Of a DNA stretch of 64,000 nucleotides, positions 25,580 to 38,984 are shown piece by piece. The stretch covers positions 23,004,001-23,068,000 of the forward strand of contig CM052817.1 of NCBI GenBank assembly GCA_028534125.1. Direction: 5' to 3'. The number at the start of each line of letters is the position of its first letter. Position 1 is the stretch's first letter. Origin of the DNA: Lama glama. Taxonomy: Eukaryota. The notes under the pieces were generated by a model that was not told the origin of the DNA, ran no database searches, and saw only the letters and a list, made by a program, of their open reading frames with translations. The position numbers and the translations under genes were made by a program.

Positions 25580-26835
25580 CATCTTTCAATTTATTGTTTT
25601 CATGACCAAATCTTGCATCTCCAGCATAGACATTTTTTTGTGAGCTTTCAGACTCATAAATCCAAATGACTGTTCAACAATTCTGTTCAAACTATTCAAA
25701 ATCATCTTAAGACCTTAAAGATTTTCAAGTCTGATTTCCTCAAAATTCATAGAGCCTCTTCATGATGTCTCCAACTCTCATGGTTGGCATGAACAGTTAT
25801 TTCATTCTTTGCTCAAGACAGGAAATAATCATCCTTCTTAACTCTCTCTTTCTCTTATTTTGGCTAGTGGTGGGAAGCACTGTAGATTTTGTCTCCTAAA
25901 TGTCTCTTGAATCTGTCAGATTCTAAGGAGCTCCATAGCCAACCCCTTAATCCCCCTCTATCCCAGTTATCATCTCTTGGTGGTTCTCCCACGGTAGCTT
26001 ATCTTCTCACACCGCCATGGTCTCCATAAATCCAGTCTTCCCAGTTTTGGACTTAAGGGTTAAGCAACAAGGTCTTCCTTGACCAGAGTATCTAAATAAG
26101 CCACCTAGCCCCACCCCATATAACCTTATATTCTGCTATATAAGTTTCCTGTAACTACTGTAACTCATTTCCACAAACTTTGTGGCTTGAAACAACAGAG
26201 ATTTATTCTCTCACAATTCTGGAGATCAGAAGTCCAAAATCAGTATCACTAGACCAACATCAAGATGTCAGCAGAATCACACTCTGGATGCAATGGGGGA
26301 GAATCCATTCTTTGTTTCCTATGTCTGCTGGTGGCTGCCAGCATTCCTGGGCTCATGGTCACATCACTCCGATCTTCCAGGTCAGAATCTTTACATCTCT
26401 CTCTCTGTTCTGTCTTCATATCACCTGCTCTTGTTTGTATATAAAGTCTCTCTCTGCCTTCCTCTTTTAAGGATACACTTGGTTGTGTTTATTACCCTTT
26501 ACTCAGATAATCCAGGATAATCTCCCCATTTCAAAAATCCTTAATCACATTAAAGATTTTCCGTCTGCTTTTTTGACCATAAAAGTTAACATTCACGGGT
26601 TCCTGAGATTAAGACTTGGCTATCTTTTGGGAGCTCATTACACCTGATTTATTTTTGTTTTTCTTCATAGTACTTGCCACCACCTGATGGATATGTAGTG
26701 AATGTTTTCTGTTTATATTTGTTTCCCCAGCTAGAATGTCAACTCCATGAGGGCAGGACTTTGTCTTAGTCACCACTGTGTCTCCAGTGGAACAGTGCTG
26801 GCACATAGTAAGTACTCAGTAAATACTATTGAAAA
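25580..26835 (+). mobile_element. L2 fragment interrupted by an MLT1 LTR
   Basis: L2 body 25580-26130 and L2 tail CTAGAATGTCAACTCCATGAGGGCAGG...GCACATAGTAAGTACTCAGTAAATA at 26730-26830. Confidence 0.65.
26137..26645 (-). mobile_element. MaLR LTR (MLT1D/E-like)
   Basis: GGCTTGAAACAACAGAGATTTATTCTCTCACAATTCTGGAGATCAGAAGTCCAAAATCAG; CAGATAATCCAGGATAATCTCCCCAT. Confidence 0.8.
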
Positions 26836-26879
26836 GATAGAGACTGAAATATTATTGAAACTGATAATGATAATTCAAC

Positions 26880-27400
26880 ATGAATTTAAAGTAAAATGAA
26901 AAAACAAATAGCTCTTCTCTGTTTAGGTGTGAAGTACATGTTTGAGGAAAACTAGAAGTTTATTTACAGATTCATAAAAGAAAAAAAACTTGAATAAATA
27001 AAGGGATCTGCAATGCTTCTGAATCAGAAAAGACTCAATATTTTAATATGTCAGCATTTACTGTAGGGATCAAAATCCCAAATACATTTTTTCTCTAACT
27101 TGATCAAGTGACTCAAAAAGGATTTATCTGGAATAAACAGGTGAGTCAAGACTTGATAAATGGGAAGATTAATGAGTGAAACTTGGACTACTAATTGTTA
27201 AGACATTTAATAAAACTACAGAAGACACAGCTTAAAACCAGAACCTCATACATATAAAACTTGGAAGTAATAAAATAAACATTACAAATAAGAAGGTTAA
27301 GGAAAAATTAATCAATACATGTCTCTGAGACAGTTACATAACTGTTTAGGAAAAACTGGAAGTAGATAGAAGTCTCACCTCCTACCATATATTTAATGTA
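26880..27400 (+). mobile_element. Old L1 ORF2 fragment
   Basis: GAAAAGACTCAATATTTTAATATGTCAGC, ATCAAAATCCCAAATAC and CTCACCTCCTACCATATA resemble L1 ORF2. Confidence 0.55.
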
Positions 27401-27497
27401 CCAATTAAAATATGGGAACTGGATTTGGCTCTCAGTCCCATGACTTACTAACTGTGCACCTTAATGACAAATTGGAATTATAATGGAGTGATCATAG

Positions 27498-27941
27498 TTT
27501 AGGGACCCAAAACTGGAATCAGGCTGACATTGTGGATCTGGTCTCAGACACGTCCCTGCACCCCTGAGAACTTGGATTTTATGTGAGTACCAAACCCAAA
27601 TACACCACCAGCTGTATTCAGAACAATATCTGCAAGTTGCAACCTGGTGGTCTCAAGCTTCCCCCTTGTAACTGTGCAACCATTTCAGACTCCAACCGAT
27701 CCTTGCTTGACAAGAACTCTTACTTCTTGCCAGCTCCAATTATAATTCTTGACAAATAAGTTATGTAACAAACTGTGGCCTTGCAATTTTTGCCTTTATA
27801 AGCTTTTTTCTCTTATTTTATAGTCTGATGGAGCGCAGTTTAAGTACTTCTTGAATCTGTGTTTTGGGGCTGCAATCCTAACCAATCCCCAGTAAACACC
27901 TCTTTATTTCAGTCAGGTCTCCTTTCTGAAATTGTGGTGAA
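27498..27941 (+). mobile_element. Solo LTR, ERV1 (MER4-group)-like
   Basis: TTTTGCCTTTATAAGC (TATA-like), CTTGAATCTGTGTTTTGGGGCTGCAATCCT and AGTAAA polyA-like signal. Decayed termini; possible ATAG/GTAG 4-bp flanks. Confidence 0.6.
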
Positions 27942-28038
27942 AGTAGCTGGCACAGTTGGCAGGACCTGGGTGACTCCCCGCAGCAGTCCAGCACCTATTC
28001 AGACTCTGCATGTGGTACCTACACCAACCCACTGTGTC

Positions 28039-28538
28039 NNNNNNNNNNNNNNNNNNNNNNNNNNNNNNNNNNNNNNNNNNNNNNNNNNNNNNNNNNNNNN
28101 NNNNNNNNNNNNNNNNNNNNNNNNNNNNNNNNNNNNNNNNNNNNNNNNNNNNNNNNNNNNNNNNNNNNNNNNNNNNNNNNNNNNNNNNNNNNNNNNNNNN
28201 NNNNNNNNNNNNNNNNNNNNNNNNNNNNNNNNNNNNNNNNNNNNNNNNNNNNNNNNNNNNNNNNNNNNNNNNNNNNNNNNNNNNNNNNNNNNNNNNNNNN
28301 NNNNNNNNNNNNNNNNNNNNNNNNNNNNNNNNNNNNNNNNNNNNNNNNNNNNNNNNNNNNNNNNNNNNNNNNNNNNNNNNNNNNNNNNNNNNNNNNNNNN
28401 NNNNNNNNNNNNNNNNNNNNNNNNNNNNNNNNNNNNNNNNNNNNNNNNNNNNNNNNNNNNNNNNNNNNNNNNNNNNNNNNNNNNNNNNNNNNNNNNNNNN
28501 NNNNNNNNNNNNNNNNNNNNNNNNNNNNNNNNNNNNNN
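28039..28538. other. Assembly gap (500 N)
   Basis: Run of exactly 500 N. Confidence 1.
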
Positions 28539-31500
28539 GTTTCTTCTAGGCCAGTAACTAGAAGCAGGCTCCTAAAGGTGGGATACAGTGTGACCCATGA
28601 GGATGGGCACTGCATTCCAAAATAACTACTATTTTTCCAACATCTAAATTGGAAAAATCCAATTTATACAGATAGATACCTAGGGAGTATGTATAGGAAT
28701 GAATGTTACAGGGGGGTGATAATAGTGGAAGGAAAATAAAGTTATATCAGATGAAATATGAGCCCATTAAGCAGAGATTCTGGATTTAATGTTGTAGCTT
28801 GGGTTGTTAGAAACATCTCTAACATTTTGTTAGACTGAATAGGTTGGTTGACTGAATGAAACACGAAAAGATGACCCACAGCAAGTAAGTTAAAACATCA
28901 GACCTCCCTTGGTAATTGTAGAGGAAGGGATTCAAAGACTCAGCAAGACTGTTATGTTGGAATGGATTCATTATTCATGATCCACCCTGAGAGGGTCTGG
29001 AGGACATGGCTTTTACCATGACTTTGAAAAATAAATTTGTGAAGGAATCCTTAGTGTCACAAAGCGTCAGCTCTGATTGCTCTTCTTGTACGTCACAAGT
29101 TACATGGAGAAACTGCTGCCACTGGATTGAGAAGCATAAGTGAAATGGAGTAATTGGATCCCAGAACAGCAGGAGCCAAGTGGCAGCACTCAACTGCCAA
29201 AATCAAGACAGGCATGACTACCATAATGAACCATAGCGTCACTGCAGCAGCCTGAATAGTCTGACTTGCAGAGTGCTGCGGTGTTGGTGAGTTGATCATA
29301 GTGTTCCTAGGAGTGAAACAGATGAGGAAGCCTGTGGGGAGCCACTCATGACCTGAGGACGGCCGGCACAAAACAGGATAATAAATCTTGAGTGCTAGCG
29401 TCAGGCTTTGAGGTTGATCTATCAAAGACAATCTCTGTCGCGCTACCCCTTTGAGATGTTTGCGCCAAGGAATCTTAAAACCTCAGGAACGTCCTATGCT
29501 AATGAGACACTAATGGCCTTTGGGCAAGAAGATACAATCAGCATACAAGTTACTGATCTAAGCATATGGTGGTTTATGGGAACAATACACAAGTTAATGA
29601 TTTTACTACACGCTATCAGGTGGTCTTAAGTTTAGAAGACAATGCCTTTGCCTACGTGAAGGAATGCACACTCTAGCTGGTTGAAATTGTATAAATTAAC
29701 TGCTGAAAATAAACTCGTTGTCCATTCTTGGTCTTGCGTCTTGCAGACTTAGAGTGCGACCCTCTCAACCCCACCTTTTAGTGTTGTCTTTCTTTTCTCA
29801 GTCCTGCAGCACAGGTTTCTGGACCTGCTCGTTGTCGGCTGGCTCCGACAGAAGCCTACTAAATTCTTACTTGAACTGTATGAGAAGAAGAGTTCTACAT
29901 CAAAGGAACAAGATTCCAACTTGAATCATAAAAAGAAAGTCATGATTCTTCAATAAATTCCCAGACTTGACCAAGTTTGTAGAACTAAAATGTCTTGAAT
30001 GAAATGGAAGCTAAGTGCCCTTGAAAAAGAACTCTGCTATACTGCCAAAAATTTGTACAATTAATCTTTCTCCCACCATTCTCCAAAGGGACCTATGAAC
30101 TTTTATCAGGGTGACTGTGCATTGGGGAAAAGGAAATAATTAGAACTTTTAGAGATTATTAGACATTGGCTCTGACTGAGGCTAATTTCAGGAGACCCAA
30201 AGCATCACTGTGGTCTGCCATTCAGAGTAGGGCCTATTTGTGACCAGGTAATCAGTGGAATTTTAACTCAGGACCATCCCACAGTGGAGCTGGTAAGTTC
30301 CTGATCCTCTCCTGTGATATCTCCCCAGTTCTGGATTGCATCTTGGAGTAGCTATAAATAGCAATGGGCACAATCCCCACATTGGTTCCCTGACCTGTGG
30401 GTTGAGGCTGTTATGGTGGGAAAGCCCTGATGGAAATCATTAGAACTGCTTCTACTTATAAAAATAGTGAACCAAAAGCAATGCCACATTCCAGGAAGGA
30501 TTTCAGAAATTATTGTCACCATCAAGGACTTGAAGAATGCAGGAGTGGTGACCACATCCCCATTCAACTCACCTGCTTGGGCTGTGAAGAAGACAGATGG
30601 ATCTTAGAGCATGGCAGTCGATTATCATAAACTTAACTGGGTGGTGATTCTAAGTGCACCTGTTATAGCAGATGTGATTTAATTGCTTGAGCAGATTAAC
30701 ACATCCCCTGGTAGCTGGTATGTAGCTATTGTTCTAGCACATGCCTTATTCTCCATTTCTGTCTGTAAGGCCCATCAGAAGCATTTTGTTTTCAGGTGGT
30801 AAGGCTAGCAGTACCACTGTCCCACCTCAAGGGTGTATCAGTTCTCCTGCTCTCTGTCACAATTTAGATCACACAGGTCTTGACTACCTTTCCCTTGTAC
30901 AAGATATCACACTGGTCCATTCCACTGACAACGTTTATGCTGATTGGACCTGGTGAGTGAGAAGTAGCAACTACTATAGACTTATCCTTAGAATATTTCT
31001 TTATCAGAGGATAGGAAATAAATCTGAATAAATTAGTGAATTTTTGTACCTCAGTAGGATGTTGAGTAGCCCAATGATTTGGGGCACATTGGGATATCCC
31101 TTCTAAGACGAAGCATAAGCCTGTACTACAGCCAAGAAGGAAGCACAACACCTAGTGGGCCTCTGGATTTTGGAGACTACATGTTCCTCATTTGGGTCTG
31201 TTACTCTGGTCTATTTACTGAGTGATCCAAAAATCTGCCGGGTTTGAGTGGAGCCAAGAACAAGAGAGGGCTCTATAACAGGCCTGCACTGTCCCACAAG
31301 CTTCTTTGCCACTTTGGTTGTAGGACCCAACAGATCCAGCGGTGACTGAAGTGTCAGTGGCAGGTAGGGAAGCTGTTCGGAGTCTTTGACAGGCCACTGT
31401 GAGGAAATAGTAGCACAGGCCCTTAAGATTTGGGAGCAAAGCTCTGTCATCCTCCACAGATAACTACTCTCCTTTTGAGAAACAGCTTTTCGCCTTTTAC

Positions 31501-33000
31501 AGGACCTTAATAGAGACTGAAGGCATATCCCTGGGTACCAAGTTTTCTTCCAGTCTGAGCTCCTATCAAGAACTGGGTGTTATCTGACCCACCAGGACAT
31601 AACGTTGAGCATATACGCCAGCACCCCTCATCAGATGGAAGAGGTATAGATGAGATCAGACTCAAGCAGGTGCTGAACACAGAAGTAATTTACATTAAGA
31701 AGTGGCTCAGATGCCTGTCATCCTCACTCCTGCTGCACTACCTTCCCTCTCCCAGTCTGCAGCTATGGCTTCATATGGTGTTCCCTACAACCAGTTGATG
31801 GAAAAGAATAAAAAAACCTCAGGCCTGGTTTACGAATGCTTTTATGTGAATTGTGGGCACCACCTGGAAATGGACAGCTGCAGCTCTACAGCCACTTTAT
31901 GGAACATTCCTAAAGAACAGTTGAAAGGGAAAATTCTCTTAATGTGCGGAACTCTAAGGATTACTCCTGAATGTTCATTTTGCTTGGAAGTAGAAAGCCA
32001 GGCATGCAATTATGTACTGATGTGTGGGCTACGGCCAGTGATTTGGTTTGGAAGAAATATATTTGGAAAATTAGTAACAAGGAGGTCTGCAGAAAAAGTA
32101 TATGGATGGAGCTCACTGAGTGGGCAAAGGACGTGAAATACATGTGTTCCAGGTGAATACTCACTGAACGATGACTCCAGAAAAAAATGATTTTAATAAT
32201 CAAGTGGATAGGATGATCTGTCCTGTGGATAGCAGTCTCTTTCCTTAGGCACTCTTACCATTGCTGAATGAGCTAATGAACTAAGTGCTTATGTTGGAAG
32301 TGATGGGAGTTATGCACATATTTAGCAATGTGGGACTTCACTCATCAAGGCCAACCTGACTACAGCCACTTTTGAGTACCAGTCTGCCAGCAGCAGAGAT
32401 TGACACTGAGTCCCTGATATGGTACTGTTCCCAAGGTTTATCAGCCAGCTACCAGGTGGCAAGTTGATTACATTGAACTACTTCCATCATGGAAGTGACA
32501 GCACTTTGTTCTTGCTGAAATAGACACTTACTCTGGATGTGTACTTTCTTCCCCTTCCTGTAAAACTACCACCTTATCGAATGCTTTATCCACTGTCATG
32601 GTATTCTGCACAACACTGCTTCTGATCATGGAATTCACTTCACAGTGAATAGTGTCACAGTGGGCCCAGACTCATGGAATGTGCTGGTCTTACCACGTCC
32701 CCTGCCTTTCTGAAGCAGCTGAATCATTATAATGGTGTAACAGCTTTTGAAGATTCAGTTACACCACCAAGTGGATAGCAGTGTCTTTCAGGGCTGGGGC
32801 AGTGTCCTCCCAGGGGCTATGTATGCTCTAAATCAGTATAGCCACAAGTCATGGGTCCAGAAACCAGGGGCTGGAATGGGTGTGGCAACATTCATGCTTA
32901 ATCCTAAGGGTTCACTGGTGAAAAATGTGCTTCCTGTTCCTGAATCCTGTGGTTTACTGACCTGGGGGTCTTAGTTCTGGAGGGAAGGAGGCTTCTGCAC
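28539..33000 (+). mobile_element. Decayed ERV-L internal region (gag-pro-RT/RNaseH-IN, truncated at the start of dUTPase)
   Basis: Protease LLDIGS...ISGDPK (~30157-30200), RT TVPPQGCISSPALCHNL...TLVHSTDNV (~30815-30930), integrase PATRWQVDYIELL (~32445) and TASDHGIHFT (~32615), VLVLEGR near 32970. Many stops and frameshifts. Confidence 0.9.
29333..29850 (+). mobile_element. Young solo LTR (518 bp), ERVK/betaretrovirus-like, nested in ERV-L gag
   Basis: TG...CA termini with imperfect inverted ends (TGTGGGGAGCCA / TGGCTCCGACA). Perfect 6-bp TSD GAAGCC at 29327-29332 and 29851-29856. TATAAA 29690-29695, AATAAA 29708-29713, CpGs retained. Confidence 0.9.
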
Positions 33001-33559
33001 TTTAAATGCATAATTGATATCTGTCTTGGGTACAATTATTTTATTGGAAAATTACATAAATGTATTTATTCTCATGGCATGTAAAAAACAGAATCTGTCA
33101 TAAAGGGTAACAGTGATTATCAGTTTGTGAAAAATGTGTGCTTTTTATTTGCAAATATGTATTTTAATACAGAGGAGTCAAAATGATAGATCTGCTGATT
33201 TTAAATGAAATCCTTAGAATAGAATATACACATCATTTAAGATCAAACTTTTCTAATGCAAAAAGGTTTATAGGTTGATAGAAACGTGGGCTAGGAATAG
33301 AAGAATCTCTCTTAATTGAAATGAGTGTGATTTCTTCACGTATCAGAACATGTATCAACCACAACTTACTGATGCAGGAGCAAGAGTCTAATGTTTCATA
33401 TTGTGGTTAAATGTTTCTAATTGTTTGGTCATTTGAGACTAACTCCATTTCTCTATGCAGTAAATGTATGTAGGATATTCATTTCAGCTATCATGTGGCC
33501 AAGTAATAACGCATTTTCAGCAGAATGTGAGTTACTTTGGAGTATCAGGGAAAATGTGT

Positions 33560-35750
33560 TGTGGTTTTAAAACATGATTTTTGAAGCTGTGGTGAATGGT
33601 ATATTTAAAATTTTTATTTCTAATGTCTTTGTTGCTGGCAAATACATCACCACATACATATGTGTATACACACAGGCAACATATTTTGTTATATGTAGAT
33701 TAATGCATACATTAAATTGAGTATGCATTTCCACATATCCAGGGATCTTACTGTTTAGAATTATTAATTCTTACAGTTTTTCTGTAGATTTTGTTGAATT
33801 TACTATGCTAACTGGCGTGATTTCTTCAAATAATGATTTTTTTCATGTGCTTTTCTAGGACCTCAAATCAAATGCTGAGTAAATGTGATAATTCTAGACT
33901 TTAGGGGGAAGCTTTAAATATTTTACTCTTTTGCTGTAGGTTTTCTGTTAGTATTTCTATCTGATTGAGAAACCTCTGTCTTCCAAATTCAATAGAAATT
34001 CCCATCGTGATGATGTTTAATTTTGTCAAATACTTAGTTTTTTCACTCTATAGACATCTTGTATAGGTGAATTATAGATCGCCACGTTAGCACTTGCAGT
34101 TCTGAGATAAACACTATTTTCTATTGATGAGTTTTATTTGCTAATATTTTAGTCTATTTCATGACAGTGTTGTGTCTGTAGTTTTTGTTACTATAATGTT
34201 CTTATCATTTTTATGTTGCAGGATTTTAATCCTTTATTACATGTGTTTTGAAGCATTCTCTTTTTTGATTGTTTTGTTTGTTTTTCACAGAGTATGTGGT
34301 ATTTTTGTGTTACTATTTCCATATATTTCTGGGGATAATTAACCAGTCCTTAGAGGCCTAGGATTTTATTTTTGAAATGAGTTATAATAACATTAAATTA
34401 TTTAAATAGATATTATGTATTTCAGATTATCTATTACTCTCATTTTAAAGTTACATTTTTTAATGAAAAACACTCATTTAATCAAAATTGTCAAGTTTAT
34501 GGCTACAAAATTATTTCTTTTATTGTCAATAATATGTAATGTCTTCTTGATCTATAGTAATTCCCCTGATTTAGTCATCAATTTTAGAAGTTTATCCTCT
34601 CTCTCTCTTTCATCAGTGTAGTAGCTAGGACTTAAAAAATTGTCTTCATAGTTTCAAAAAATCAATTTGTCTTTGTTGATTTTCTCCGTTCTGTATTTTC
34701 TATTTTATTTATGTTTGTTTTTATCTTTGTTAGTTTGTTTCTTCTATTTGTTTTTTTACTTTGCTTTACATTTTCTTGTTTTTTAAGATAGTAACTTATA
34801 TAACTTATTTTCAACCTTCATTCTTTTCTAATACATGCATTTAAGACTATCACATTTCTTCTAAGCAGTATTTCAAATGCGATACATATGTGGGCCACAT
34901 CATCATAATTATTCAGTTCAAAATTTTTTCTTATTTGAGTTTCCTTAAGTTTTAGCCATTCTTGGATTTTTCTCAGTATGTTTTAGTTGCTGTTTTACAG
35001 TTTAATTCTACTGACCAGAAAATATACTTTGAAAGGTTTTAATTCTTTGAAATTTATTGAATCTTTTTCATAGCTCAGAATAAGGTCAATTTTCAATATT
35101 ACCTTAACATTTTTTAAATTTTGTTATTGTTAGGTGCCACGTTCTATATATGTCAAATAAGTCATTTGTCACTTTTTATTTCCAGCTCTTCCGTATCAAA
35201 TTGAGTTTTTTCTTCTTCTTTTTTAAATCATCTATTAAGAGATTTGTTTTTAAACCCCCTACTGTCTTTCTTTAATGCTGTTAATTTCATTAATACATTT
35301 TGGAGTAATATTATTGGTTACATTTAAATATGTGTGAGATGATATCTTCCTAAGAGATTGATTCCATTGTCATTATGAGACATTCTTTTTTATTCTTAGT
35401 AGTGTTTCTTTAAACTTATTCTCACCAATAGTATAATAATTCTTCTAGATTTATATTGGTTGTTGATTGCATGGTAAAATCTTTTGATTTCAAAATTTTA
35501 TGTCTTATATTTTGATTATATTTTCTGTGAACTTCACATAGATAGCTTTAACTTTTAAATTTCATCTTATATTTGGATTTTCATTAGAGTAGCTATTCTT
35601 GTTCATATTTGTAATTTTCTCGTATATTTGTATTTAAATCTACTGTGTTATCCTTTGTTTTCTATTTGGCTCGCTTGTTGAAATTTTATGTTTTATTCTC
35701 TCTACTTAACTTATTTTGTAATATATATATATGATTTTATATTTCATCAA
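33560..35750 (-). mobile_element. Very old L1 (L1M/L1ME-type) ORF2 remnant
   Basis: T-rich antisense L1 text: TAGGGGGAAGCTTTAAATATTTTAC, GCATTTAAGACTATCACATTTCTTCTAAGC, ATTGATTCCATTGTCATTATGA. Confidence 0.7.
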
Positions 35751-36419
35751 AGTTAAAGGGTACCAGTGTTTTATTTCTTTTTATGATTACATTTTCAAGC
35801 CCGTCTTCCAATTTGTCTCTACTTCTGAAAGAAGTAACATATTCGGTATTAACTGAATTCTCTCTTAACTCTTTTCTTTAATTGATGTCTCTGTATTTCT
35901 GTTTTTTTTTTAATGAGGTAAAATATTGTAAATTTTTATTAATGGCCTCTAAAATGTATTTTTCAGAAATAATCTCTGGACAGAATATTAGAATTTGTAC
36001 AAAATGTGGTTTAGGCTTCAGGTATTCATTTCTTTTGTCTTCATGCACATTTTAAATTGCTTTAGAGGAGAAATTTTAAAAATGTGTACAAAGTGCATTT
36101 AACAAAATATTGGATTAGATAATTTCTTGATTTGACAATACTATGAATTCCACAAAAGAACAACAGAGTACAGGGGAGATCATATTTTGGAATAAGACTG
36201 ATGATTTGTATAGGTTCTCTTAAACTGCACTTAACATGCACCAGCACCCCCTCCCTTACCTCAGTAAAAATAACTCTTTTCACCATGCTCTGAGCTGCTC
36301 CCACCAATTGATTTGAAGGCTTACTGAATGTTGTTTGTACTTGTTCCCAAATATGGTTACACACCTTTAACTTTAAATTTTAATTACATATTTTAATAAA
36401 ATATTTAATGGACAGTTGG

Positions 36420-36570
36420 AATGAAAGTTTGAAAGGAAATATAATTGTTTCAGTTCAAACTAAACTAAATGTTAGGGGAAATTTCAAGACAGCTAAGTTG
36501 TTAATAAACATGGTATCAAGTTAAAAGTGGGCCAACACCTATGAAATAAAATCCAGAAATAAAGTAATAC
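36420..36570 (+). mobile_element. Ancient Tigger-type fragment (N-terminal HTH-coding part)
   Basis: GAAAGGAAATATAATTGTTTCAGTTCAAACTAAACTAAATG...AAGTGGGCCAACAC resembles recalled Tigger13/15-type sequence. Confidence 0.4.
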
Positions 36571-38984
36571 AATTTAGATAAATTATTCTGTCTATTATTT
36601 TTCATGATTCCTTGCTCTATATTGACTTTTTTGGAGATAAATCTACTACCTGCAGTTCTGTTTGATAAAAATTCAATCTAATAAAAAACAATAATAATTC
36701 CTTGGAATACTAGCTTATGGGTTCTGAATTAGCTAGATGTAGAAAATTTCAATTATTTAACAAAGAAAGAGAGGCTATTTAAAACATTTCCCAGTCATTT
36801 GCATGGCCTTCAGGTAGAAACTTTCAAATCTTTGATCAGCTAATACAGGGCCAATGAGAACTATTATTCTAAAGTTTATCCCACAATAGTGTGTTCACTA
36901 TTCTTTTGCTTATTGGGTTTTGTAAAATATGTGAACATCAGTCTAAGAAACACTTCCAAATATCTGGTTAAATGTTCAGAGAATGCTGTTCCCAATGGGG
37001 TGAAGGTTAGGAAAGGGAAGGTGACAAAACACTTTTTAAAGTCTCACTTAAGACTCAGTCTCTTTCCTCCATTAAAAAAAAAAATCTCCTAGTTGCAAAT
37101 ATTCATTCAGTTGTGCCTTTTCTTCTGATATGGGTTGTATATTCTAGCACAAGAATTTCACTCAAAACAGTATCTAAAGTCACTTCCATCCGAATATTCA
37201 GATTGAGGAATGAAGAAGCAGATCTGTAATTCCATTCCTCCTATTGCATAAAAGCAAATGGTTATAAAAAAGATACTTCCACTCATCATGCTATAGGGAG
37301 ATTTGAGTCATTTTGTTATAAATTAACTGGAATTTTGGAGCAGCCCAAACATACACAATCTTTACCTTCTGTGCTGATGCATCAGTTTGTAGATAAATTT
37401 TCACAGAAGCAAATACAGCTGAAACAGGGTAACTAAACCACCACCAGTCATTCCAGAATTTAGTTTCTAAAATAAATAGTATCTGGCTCTCTGGAAGTAA
37501 GAAGATACATTTGTACAGGGTCTACATAGCTTTTCAGTGACAACTAACAACTCAAAAGGAAAGCTAAGAACAGTAGTCCCAAAGTCTTCATCTAATGCCA
37601 TCACTAACCTGCATTTGCCAGTGTTTGATGTTAATATACTTTAAATTAATTTGAAACTAGTGAAGTTTCTAGTATCCTTAGGGTCCTGATACCTTCAATA
37701 TCTCTCTTGAACCTGGCAGCTGCAATTCAATTGACCTTACTTGACATCACTTATGAAAAGCCTTTGAAGTGCTGCTGCCTTGATTCAGAATGAATCTACT
37801 CTGAAGAAAAAAAAAAAAAAGAAAAACATATCATTTTTAAAACTTCTTTTTCAATCTGACTTCATCATTTTCCTTTTTGCTTAAGTCTTCTGAACCATAA
37901 TTTCTTTTGAGAGGTAAAATACTGTGTGTCCCATTTTTTATAGTACAGTGCATTCACTTTCTGGAAACTGATGAATTGTAGGGATTATAGACAGTATAAT
38001 TTCTGTCTACTTCTAATATAGGTATACATATTTAAGCAATGTATATACTTGGTCAGGATCAAATTTTAAAAATATGTTAATGCATAGAGCCTGTTGCCTG
38101 GGCTGTAGTACAGACTAAACATTATTGAATAAATAGAATGCAGTAGTCTCTTTGCCAACTGTAAATTCCTCTAATTTGGGGGTCATTATAACATTTTTTT
38201 TCTTTCTAGAAAAATATATTTCAGTGAAGTTAGAATGAGCCTCATAATATATTGCTCATTCAAAAATTACTAAAATAAAAATGAGTAAAACCTCCCACCA
38301 TCCAAAAATTATGCAATGTAGGGAAGTCCTTTCCCTCTAGACATGTGCTAGTATTTTTCAAAACAGCAGGTTTGGATCCTCAATAACTTACTTACTTATA
38401 TTAATTCCATAGGCATAGCCCCACTCCAATGGACAAAGAGTTTATTTTGCTCATCTTCAAATGAATCAGAGCTGTAAGTGCCTCAAAATAGAAGCTTAGT
38501 AATTTATGAGACATTCCATTTAAATTTAATTTTGGTTGTTTACTTTATAAAATACAAGACAAGGTTGCTTAAGCCTGGCTTTCCATTATGATTATACTAG
38601 ATAACATTGAAAGTCTACTAAAGATAATACTAGCATATCTGTGGCTTTAGTCAACATACCGTGGGCTGTTGACTCCATGAACAGGAACAAGTGTATCTGT
38701 TTTGGAATAGGTTACTTTCCCAGTCACAGATATTTATATGGAAAGTATGTAAATAGGACTTCCATTATCAGACCAATGGGAGTGGTAACATATTTTAGTG
38801 ATTATATATCACCAGTGTTGAAAAGCAAAATGTGCGTGTCTTGCTGTTGTAAAACTTTAAAATTTTCTTAATCATTTTAACATATAAGTAAGATGTCGTG
38901 AGCACATAATATACCCTATTAGCTAATGTTTGTTATGTTATAATCTTGGTAGAAGACCTACCAATTGTTTTTTTTAAGGTACGT

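Noticed and set aside
27859..28615. 179-232-aa ORFs
   Set aside because: Artefacts of the N gap
30430..32974. ERV-L pol ORF fragments as a domesticated gene
   Set aside because: Catalytic motifs are mutated (HSTDNV for YIDD) and frames are broken every few dozen codons
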